Source: a virus
Direction: 5' to 3' (one strand)
IMG/VR virus record: IMGVR_UViG_3300037201_000018
Coordinates: 1 to 64,000 of that record
Length of the DNA: 64,000 bases
Shown here: positions 56,896 through 64,000 of the stretch, piece after piece
Layout of the letters: each line of letters opens with the position of its first letter
Position numbering within the stretch: position 1 is the stretch's first letter
The notes under the pieces: generated by a model
Database searches by the model: none
Told to the model about the DNA's origin: nothing
Seen by the model: only the letters and a program-made list of their open reading frames with translations
Program-made: the position numbers and the translations under genes

Positions 56896-58503
56896 ATGAA
56901 GGCAATACTTGTTGCCGTTAATTTCCTTGATATCCTGTCAATCACGCTTCCTTACAATCGACATCACTTCGACGAGGTCTGGATCGTCACGAACCAACTG
57001 GAAGTCAGCAGTCCCAAGATGATGCAGTTAGCTGCGGACAACCGAGCGACGCTGTTCGGGACCGACGCCTTCTACGAGGATCATGCCGTTTTCAATAAAT
57101 TCAAGGCGCTGGAGCAGGGACTCGACGCGATGGGAAGAGACGGTTGGTTATGTGTAGCACCCTGGGTCCCCGTAGAAGCTCCATTCGTTAAAGGCGCATC
57201 GAGAAAATGGTACGTCGGAAATCTGATCACGATCAGGACCGTCAGTGGCCGGTCAGTGTCCGTGACACCTGATCACAACTTGTTTACCTCTCGCGGTTGG
57301 GTTCCAGCGAAATCGATTCGCAAAGGAGACAATCTCTTTCAGGTCAGCAGTCCCGATTGTCTTGGGGCACCAGACGTACACCAGCGTCCACCCGAGATTG
57401 GTCAAATAGTCGATGCGGCGTTTGAGAGATCCGCGATGAAGAAGGTGGGGTCCGTGAGGATTCGTATGGATCTCAAACCCCAATTTCTTGACGACGATCG
57501 CGACGTCGATGTTATACCGTCTGACAGCGAATTGTCTGTCGACCTTGAACCGCTTCGACAGTGTGTCAGCGACGTCGCCTTCGTAGCGTCCGATGCAGAC
57601 CTGGTTTGCGTGTCTAGTCTTAGCGATCTTCGACGAGACCTTCGCGGGACGCGCTACGCCGGTACGCACAGCCCTCATCGCAGCGACCCGCTTAGCGACG
57701 GCCGCCGGAGAATCGTGAGTCGCCCTAACTTTACCGGCTTGGCTATGACTCCGTTGTATTATTCCAGACAGTCTGAGTTGCCTACTGATAACCTTGTCAC
57801 TTGTATCAAAAACAGCGGCGATAGTTCTCAAGCTATCGCCGGCCTCATAACGCCTGACGACGTAGTCTCTATCGATGCCATCCCGTGGTCTGGTCATGTC
57901 TATGATCTCTCTACGGTTCAAGGTTGGTTCCTAGCAGATGGACTTATTATACACAATTGCATCATGGACGCCGACGTCCTCTGGCCTAAAGACATTGGCG
58001 GAGTGATGATCGAGAACAGTTCCAACAGGAACTTGATCCTATCAGATTGTGGTTGCTCATTTACGTTTGGCTATCTTTACACTCCCAAGCGGCGGATGTT
58101 CACCAATCTCACGAAGCCAATTCCGCCGGAGTCCGAGTGGAAGGACTACCCCTACCATCACTACTTGGCTGAGTGGAGTGGCTACACCCAGATATTCCAC
58201 GGCAGCGACCCAGTCCTTCCGAATCCGCCTTGGCATGACACTTCGTGGTTACATGCTGGCGGCGGCGACAGCGGATTTCAGAGTCTGTGGCCACCAGACA
58301 AAAAGCTCCGTACACCCTTTGAATGCTTGCACTTGGGCGACTCGCTTAACTGGACAGGGAGAGTGACGAAATACGTCGACGGGTCTACTCCGCCGGGGGC
58401 CGAAGCAAACCGCCAGAAGCTGGTGAGGTTCCTGCACGAGCGAAGTCTGAAGGGCAGCAGGTCAGATCGCTACGACCACGAGAAGATACAAAGGACTGAG
58501 TGA
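56896..58503 (+). CDS. GT-A glycosyltransferase interrupted by an intein
   Basis: Exteins join as FNKFKALEQGL...DGWL|CIMDADVLWP (DxD motif), then GYTQIFH, AGGGDSGF and CLHLG. Confidence 0.8.
   Translation: MKAILVAVNFLDILSITLPYNRHHFDEVWIVTNQLEVSSPKMMQLAADNRATLFGTDAFYEDHAVFNKFKALEQGLDAMGRDGWLCVAPWVPVEAPFVKGASRKWYVGNLITIRTVSGRSVSVTPDHNLFTSRGWVPAKSIRKGDNLFQVSSPDCLGAPDVHQRPPEIGQIVDAAFERSAMKKVGSVRIRMDLKPQFLDDDRDVDVIPSDSELSVDLEPLRQCVSDVAFVASDADLVCVSSLSDLRRDLRGTRYAGTHSPHRSDPLSDGRRRIVSRPNFTGLAMTPLYYSRQSELPTDNLVTCIKNSGDSSQAIAGLITPDDVVSIDAIPWSGHVYDLSTVQGWFLADGLIIHNCIMDADVLWPKDIGGVMIENSSNRNLILSDCGCSFTFGYLYTPKRRMFTNLTKPIPPESEWKDYPYHHYLAEWSGYTQIFHGSDPVLPNPPWHDTSWLHAGGGDSGFQSLWPPDKKLRTPFECLHLGDSLNWTGRVTKYVDGSTPPGAEANRQKLVRFLHERSLKGSRSDRYDHEKIQRTE
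57151..57957 (+). mobile_element. intein (269 aa)
   Basis: Starts with Cys (CVAPWVPV); block B VTPDH...GWVPAKSIRKGD; block F HVYDLSTV; ends IIHN followed by Cys+1. Confidence 0.9.
57253..57897 (-). CDS. antisense-encoded HTH plus PD-(D/E)xK (Vsr/DUF559-like) endonuclease nested in the intein
   Basis: RYEAGDSLRTIAAVFDTS (HTH); E..VADTL...QFAVRRYNIDVA...LGFEIH...H...RIDYLTNLGWTLVYVW; ATG at 57897 with AGAGAG upstream. Confidence 0.75.
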   Translation of the reverse strand: MTRPRDGIDRDYVVRRYEAGDSLRTIAAVFDTSDKVISRQLRLSGIIQRSHSQAGKVRATHDSPAAVAKRVAAMRAVRTGVARPAKVSSKIAKTRHANQVCIGRYEGDVADTLSKRFKVDRQFAVRRYNIDVAIVVKKLGFEIHTNPHGPHLLHRGSLKRRIDYLTNLGWTLVYVWCPKTIGTADLKEIVSFANRFRWNPTARGKQVVIRCHGH

Positions 58504-58711
58504 TGAGTAAGGGGATAGCAGACGCTACGGCGATGGAGAATGGAGTCGAGATCTTTCGCAAGGCCGCTGATGGAGTCCCGCCGTTCTCCCCAGAGCACAA
58601 GGAACTGGATCGAGAGACTTGCCTGAGGATGATCAACGGGGACGTAGCGGAGATCGGTCGAATAGACCAGCTCATCGCCAGCCACGAGGAAGCCGAGCGG
58701 GGCAAGTAAAC

Positions 58712-58844
58712 TAAACAGAACGACCGTTGCAGACTGGGATCGCACGCCGTAGGAGTCGAGGTGTGTAATCTGGAAGGCGACAAGCGTCTAGAGACCGTCA
58801 AGGATGAAGTCCGGGCGGTTACGTCTGACCGTCGTTCCGTTTTA
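58712..58844 (+). ncRNA. candidate structured RNA at the convergence of late and early transcription units
   Basis: Closing stem 58712-24/58831-44 enclosing two arms (gcacgcc/ggtgtgt; gaccgtc/ggcggtt with ggat/gtcc). Confidence 0.35.
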
Positions 58845-58888
58845 ACTAAAAGAGCCGCCGGCACCACGGCCAGAGAGCGGGCCGCAAA

Positions 58889-59074
58889 TCAGGACTGCTT
58901 TGAGTGAGGCCGGCCTGGCCTCGTCGGAAGGTCCCGCTTGCCCTTGCCTATGCGGCGCCGGATGCACTCGCGGAAAAACTGCGAATAATCCATGTCTCCG
59001 CGGGCCGCGTTGATGGATGCGATCCAGTCGTCGGGCAGGCGGAGGAGGAAGTCGGTGTAGCCGGGGCGTCTCAT
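58889..59074 (-). CDS. small ribbon-helix-helix-like DNA-binding protein
   Basis: FLLRLPDDWIASINAARGDMDYSQFFRECIRR. Confidence 0.5.
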   Translation of the reverse strand: MRRPGYTDFLLRLPDDWIASINAARGDMDYSQFFRECIRRRIGKGKRDLPTRPGRPHSKQS

Positions 59075-59099
59075 GAGTCACCTATGTCACCGACGACAA

Positions 59100-59423
59100 T
59101 CAGATGATGAAGCTCAGCGTAGCGCATGGAGCGTGAGTGTGGATCGTTCTCTTCTCTCCGTGACGAGAGCTGTTATAGACCTCGATCTGAAATTCACGAC
59201 CATCAAATGCAGCCCAGTCGCGCTCTACATCGGTCTTGACCTGGGCTGCGATGTCGGCGGCAGAGGCGCCCACCTCATGCTCCATATAGTCGAATTTCAA
59301 CGAGCCTATCGTTGTCCACGTCGGATACAGTGGCGAGTGACGAAAAAATACTCCCACCGCCGTGCAATGTCGCCCAGACTCGGTCCTCACGGCGTCGCCA
59401 AGTTTTACAGTTGTAGTCATCAT
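59100..59423 (-). CDS. hypothetical early protein
   Basis: ATG 59423 with upstream purine-rich RBS. Confidence 0.5.
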   Translation of the reverse strand: MMTTTVKLGDAVRTESGRHCTAVGVFFRHSPLYPTWTTIGSLKFDYMEHEVGASAADIAAQVKTDVERDWAAFDGREFQIEVYNSSRHGEKRTIHTHAPCATLSFII

Positions 59424-59529
59424 CGTTTCACCCTTTTCTCTTGCGGTTTCTTGTGGCACACGCGGAGAAATAACGGACGGCCTCAATCAGCGTCTGCGGG
59501 ATTGTGTCGGTCATTGCGATCTCCTCTCA

Positions 59530-59808
59530 TTAGTCACGGTATCGAGAGATGCGCGTCGCCTCGACGGCGTCACGGACTTCGTCTGTCCACGCCTCGATGA
59601 CTGTCTCCTCGGCCTCTCTGCACGCACGCACGGACAGCTCGTCAGATTGCTCAGCGCACTCGGCCAGCGTCGTCTCCAGGCATTGCATCGCGGCGAGCAA
59701 ATCGGCGTCATCGGTGAGGCCCGATTCGATCGCCTTGCGAATTGTGTTGATCGTGGTGTCTTCGGCGCTCTCGTAATTGCAGTTCGCGATGATTGGGTAG
59801 GTCGTCAT
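59530..59808 (-). CDS. acidic hypothetical early protein
   Basis: ATG 59808 with GAGG RBS, directly downstream of a sigma-70 promoter. Confidence 0.6.
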   Translation of the reverse strand: MTTYPIIANCNYESAEDTTINTIRKAIESGLTDDADLLAAMQCLETTLAECAEQSDELSVRACREAEETVIEAWTDEVRDAVEATRISRYRD

Positions 59809-59872
59809 GTTTTCCTCTTGGCTTGTGGCAGCCTTCGTTTTTCCCTTTCCCGTTGTTTCCTTCACTGGCCTA

Positions 59873-59901
59873 ATTGTATAGCCATTTTCGTTCGGCGACA
59901 A
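59873..59901 (-). promoter_or_regulatory. sigma-70 promoter
   Basis: TTGTCG-17 bp-TACAAT on the minus strand. Confidence 0.65.
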
Positions 59902-59968
59902 GCCAGGAAACGAAGAAAAACGACAGAATTCCAAAATAATTGGCTAGCCGTTACGTAGATTACCCAAA

Positions 59969-61704
59969 CTACCGAGCCACCGCCGGAGATTTGCGAAGGC
60001 TCTCAACTGCTGCCGTGGCGAGCGCTTCGTAGCTCGGATACTTTACGCACCACGACTGATAATCGGCACGCGGTTCCGTGTCCGGCAGATCCACGTCGGC
60101 CGTCACGGTGATAAACAGCTTCATCATGCGGCCAAACACGTAATCGCCGTAGGGATGTCCGGGGCGATCAAAGCTCATTGGATAATCACCCTGCCCTCGA
60201 ACGTTGTTCCAGACCATCTCTTCGGTCACGCTTCTGCGCTCCTGAAGCACTCCCATGCCCGATGCACGGCCGCAGGCTTCGTAAGCGAGGAAGAAAATCC
60301 GTTTGGCCAATTGCTCACCACTAAAACCTTCCACTTTGAACTTCATAACTTTCTCCAGTTTTGAAAAGTCACCACTGAACGCTACCCTACCTTAGTGCGC
60401 TTACGATCTAGGTCGGCTCGGTCAAGAGCCGCTTCCCAAGCAACTGGATTCTTGTAGCTCTGATCGTCGCGTAGAGATAATTCCTCATCTTCGTATTCAT
60501 CCTCGTCGTCGTCTTGGTAGTCATCAGGGTCGTCTGGACCTTCGTCCTCCTCGTCAACCAAGCCCAACTCATCGACAACGTGACCCGTCGTGTCCTCGTG
60601 CTTGTTCGCTTCAAGGCCGTCGTTTGTCGTAAAGTTGCAGTGTCCGCAGGTGTACATCAGCCGTCTCCCATCATAACACATTCCAGTGGAATCTGATACA
60701 GCTTGTCCTTGTCGAACGTATCTAACCTGACGATCGCGTCGGTCGAGATCGTGTCCAGCTCGCTTTTACCTAATATGGTTCTGGTCGTAACGCCGGCCGC
60801 CGCTGGGACGAATGCGATTAGCGTCGCTTCGATCGGACTCCGCCAGTCCTTGTTCAACCTGACGACGCATTTGAGATTGAGCATCAGTTCTTTCCTTTAC
60901 TGGCTGATCTGTAGACGTGAAAAGAGTCAGACGTCTGCCCCTCCTTTCTCGGTCTCACGGAGACTACTTCGTTGTTCGTGAACGCCGTTACCCAGCAGTA
61001 GTGCTTCCCGTGCTTGTGCTCGCTGATCCTCCCCTGCTTGACGACGTTGGAGACTCTCTGGATCGCAGTCTCCTCGTCGATCTCCGGTCCGAACGTGATG
61101 ATGATCCTCTTCATGGTTCCTCCTTGGTTAGAAGATGCTGGGCTTGACCTACCTAGCATGAGAAGCCGTCCGAGATGAGTTTGGCGGCTCCAAGGTTTCA
61201 GACTCGGTAATTCCCACACGACTGACTGAGGTAAACTACGTAGCCATCTTGGTCTTGGAATTCCGTTCGACAGGTAATGTCGTCAGATTCGTGTTGGGGA
61301 GACAAAACCGAGTAGGCGGTAATCGTCTTGTCGCCGTTCGTCCAGTTGAGACGATCCCAATCATATCGCCACTCCCCAGGGAACATCTTACGGAGTTGGT
61401 CAATTACTCGCTTACGAGGCATAGACTAAGCTTCCTGACTTGGTTCCTGAATCATGTCGTGACCGAACGTCCTAAAGAACTCGTCCCTGATCTGCTTCTC
61501 GATGTAGCGGAGATCATCTAGAGATAAGCTCAAATCTGCCGAGTCTCTACCTGATCTTATAAGTTGTAACATCAGACCTAGATCTTGAGCTAAGTTAGCA
61601 ACAACCAGAGGGAATTTGGCGACTGCCCCTAGTCGGTTCAGCTCGCTCATCGCGAGGATCTCTTGGGTCTTCGCCCCTTCCAGCTTCTTGCGATCAACTG
61701 ACAT
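59969..61704 (-). CDS. cluster of small early ORFs (59969-60346, 60382-60681, 60657-60884, 60884-~61114, 61198-61422, 61426-61704)
   Basis: Contiguous minus-strand ORFs with RBSs; 60382-60681 has a CxxC...H...H Zn-finger-like motif and an acidic tract. Confidence 0.55.
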
Positions 61705-63442
61705 AGATAAGCTCCTCGATCGCCCTCGTTATGGCGATGTAGCGACAATTCCATTCTTGCTCGACCTGCCACTTGCTCTTGGCCATCGGATGTGGAACGG
61801 TCGCCCCTTCCGGTTCAAGTAAGAAAACTCTCTTGTTTTCGAGGCCCTTCGCTTTGTGAATCGACGACAGTCTAATCCCGGTTCCGTTCTTGTCGTCGGT
61901 GAACACGCTCTCGATCTTCGCGACGACTCCCGCAACCGTCGTCTGGTCTTCACAGAATGCAATTAAGCAGTCGTGACGATCTTGCAGGGCGATCAGTCGG
62001 GTGTCGGACGGGTTGCGCTTCGAGTTCTCCTTCGTCTGTTCCTTGTGAAGCCAGTCCTCCAATTTGACGAGCAGTTGCGAGACGTCGTCACACTTCATCT
62101 TGTTGATCGTGCTGATGAGCCCCTGTCCGACGTCTCTGCCTTGAATTACGGCTTTTCGTCCAGCCTTGAGGAACTTGAAACACTGCGAGACGAGAGGTGC
62201 GTTACAGCGACAGAGGATCATGTCTCCGTCTTGGACGTAACCGCGGTAGTTACTTTGAGCAGCCCCGTCCTTCGCTTCCTTCTCGTCATCCTTGTACTTG
62301 AGTCCGTGACGAATCGCCCCGTCGCAGTTTGACTCGTGCGCCTCGAAGTCAGGCACGATCCTCTGAGCTTCCTTGACGATCGCCTTCCCGCACCTCCGAG
62401 TGACGGTGAGCGGGAGAGTGACGCAACCTCGAACTGAAACTGGCGGGTCTATTTTTTGAGCAGCGTAGATGGCTTGAAGCACAGATCGACTACGCGGTAC
62501 ACCGAAGCACTCACTGAGTTCTTCCGCCATCCGCTTCATGCTCTCGGAGTCGGCTCCTGCGAAACCGTAGATCGCCTGCTTCGGGTCTCCACATAGGATG
62601 AGACGCCTTCCCGACATCTTCGCGAGGGCTTGTTGAACTTTTGAAAGGTCCTGGCACTCATCACAAAGCAATACGTCGTACTTCTGGACGTTCAAGCCGA
62701 GAGCGACCGGAATCCACACCATGTCGTTGAAGTCCACGCAGTTATCGCGAGCGACGTCCTTGCACCGTTCGAGGACTCGCGGAACCAGCGAAAAGACCTC
62801 TTCCTGCGAGCTGTTCAGGTCGACGTCGTAGTACGAAGCCAAATCCCGAAGAGTCTCATTCCAGTCTGGATCTCCGGGTTTCATCGAGTTACCACAAGGA
62901 TCGAGGTGAGAGAGGTTCATCTTGCAGAGACCGACCAGCTCCTCCGTCGCCTTGACGAGGACCGGCTTGGTACGTCGGAGTTCGCGGATGTCGCGTTCGA
63001 GCAGCTCGGAGACGACGTCCTGCACGCGGTAGCTGTTTACCTTGACGTTGCCGAACGCCCGCTTGACTGAGGAGAAGCCCAGGCTGTGCATCGTCATCGC
63101 GTCACAGCCTGCGGGGACTCGCCGCTTCAACTCCTCAGCTATGCTCTTGTTGAATGCCACGAAACCAACAGTCTGTGCTTTCCCCTTCGACAGGCAGACG
63201 GCGTCGAAGATCGCCTGCTGCTGCGGGGAGGGGACGATGTCCGAGGGGAGACCCTTCAGCAACTTGAGGGACTCAATGAGAGTTGTCGTCTTGCCAGTCC
63301 CCGCTCTCGCCTCAATGATCAGGTGGGGGGTGGTGTCCGCGCCGGTATCTCGCTTCGTCTTTAGCCGGTCCGCGAGAGTTTTCCGCCCGTCTTCCCGTAC
63401 CACCTGATCCTGTGCTTTTTCCTCAACGCGATCAGTAACCAT
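61694..63442 (-). CDS. UvrD/Rep-like superfamily 1 helicase
   Basis: EARAGTGKTTT, VAFNKSIAEEL, LCDECQD, GDPKQAIYGFAGA, SSIHKAKGLE, YIAITRA. Confidence 0.9.
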   Translation of the reverse strand: MVTDRVEEKAQDQVVREDGRKTLADRLKTKRDTGADTTPHLIIEARAGTGKTTTLIESLKLLKGLPSDIVPSPQQQAIFDAVCLSKGKAQTVGFVAFNKSIAEELKRRVPAGCDAMTMHSLGFSSVKRAFGNVKVNSYRVQDVVSELLERDIRELRRTKPVLVKATEELVGLCKMNLSHLDPCGNSMKPGDPDWNETLRDLASYYDVDLNSSQEEVFSLVPRVLERCKDVARDNCVDFNDMVWIPVALGLNVQKYDVLLCDECQDLSKVQQALAKMSGRRLILCGDPKQAIYGFAGADSESMKRMAEELSECFGVPRSRSVLQAIYAAQKIDPPVSVRGCVTLPLTVTRRCGKAIVKEAQRIVPDFEAHESNCDGAIRHGLKYKDDEKEAKDGAAQSNYRGYVQDGDMILCRCNAPLVSQCFKFLKAGRKAVIQGRDVGQGLISTINKMKCDDVSQLLVKLEDWLHKEQTKENSKRNPSDTRLIALQDRHDCLIAFCEDQTTVAGVVAKIESVFTDDKNGTGIRLSSIHKAKGLENKRVFLLEPEGATVPHPMAKSKWQVEQEWNCRYIAITRAIEELIYVS

Positions 63443-64000
63443 CGCTCTTCTCCCGCTTCTGTTTGGCTCGGGTCATGTCGTCGCTGATCTGCTTCCGCAT
63501 CGTTCGCGTCTTGTCGACTGCCTTCTTCGCGTTCGTCTGCGATCTCGTCGGCTTCTTAGTCTTCTTCGGGTGCATCGCGTCGCTCCTGTTCCTGAGTCAA
63601 CTAAGTAATAGGACCAAATTCACTTGGCGTTGCAAGCCGTAAGTTGCCTTATGATATTCTTTATCCTCTTCTCGTGAAGTTTCCAGTGACGCTTTTGCTT
63701 ATGCAGGTCGTCAATGCTCTCGGGAAAGGATTGAACTTTCTGGTTCTATTAGCCTGGATTTTTGGGGATAATTACAAGCCATTACAGACCAACGACTTAC
63801 GGCTCTTCCGAGCGGAGGTTGGCTGCGGGAACCTCCCAGATTTTGCCGTTGGCCGCCTTCACTTTGGCGACCTCAGCCCCAACTTTGCCGTAGACCTCAA
63901 CTAACACACCTTGCCAGTTATCCCCATCCTCGTCGAGGACCCAAACGACGTCCTTCGGTTGGGGGTCGAACTTCGGGGCCTTCCCCTTACCGTTTTTCTT

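Noticed and set aside
42739-58503. DNA hypermodification cluster
   Set aside because: No base-hydroxymethylase, Tet/JBP, dpdA or queuosine-pathway genes recognised, and the cluster adjoins virion genes; not excluded, but less supported than protein glycosylation
63644-63904. Plus-strand 86-aa ORF at the window end
   Set aside because: Opposite to local gene orientation, TTG start, no motif; probably spurious
1-64000. tRNA/rRNA genes, terminase, integrase
   Set aside because: None recognised in this window; the terminase probably lies upstream of the portal, outside the window

Overview
This window is part of a tailed dsDNA phage genome, probably siphovirus-like. The host is unknown; Planctomycetota is a tentative guess from protein styles only. 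The + strand (1-58.7 kb) is a late/structural region: portal, sigma-70-type factor, a 1474-aa multidomain MuF/SPP1-gp7 head protein, a 1325-aa DUF2213-like prohead protease/scaffold, decoration protein, HK97-fold major capsid and head-tail connectors. These are followed by a membrane/lysis-like block (papain-like protease plus thioredoxin-like lipoprotein, no recognisable muralytic endolysin), fibre-like proteins, and a tail module with a -1 frameshifted chaperone and tape measure. Next is an 811-aa Cys-rich, poly-Thr/Ser mucin-like protein, immediately followed by a ~16 kb island of glycosyltransferases, methyltransferases, radical-SAM enzymes and homing endonucleases. The - strand (58.9-63.4 kb) holds small early-type genes and a UvrD-like helicase. 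Three systems stand out. (1) An intein in a glycosyltransferase carries its putative endonuclease as a separate gene on the opposite strand. (2) A mucin-like virion protein lies next to a ppGalNAc-T-like transferase and a glycan-modification island, suggesting phage-encoded O-glycosylation of the virion. (3) Portal, MuF and protease look like polyproteins of cargo domains delimited by recurrent Asn sites and repeated leader peptides, suggesting packaged, protease-released effectors, including an Acb1-like 2H phosphoesterase. All family calls come from motif recognition by eye; no database searches were run.
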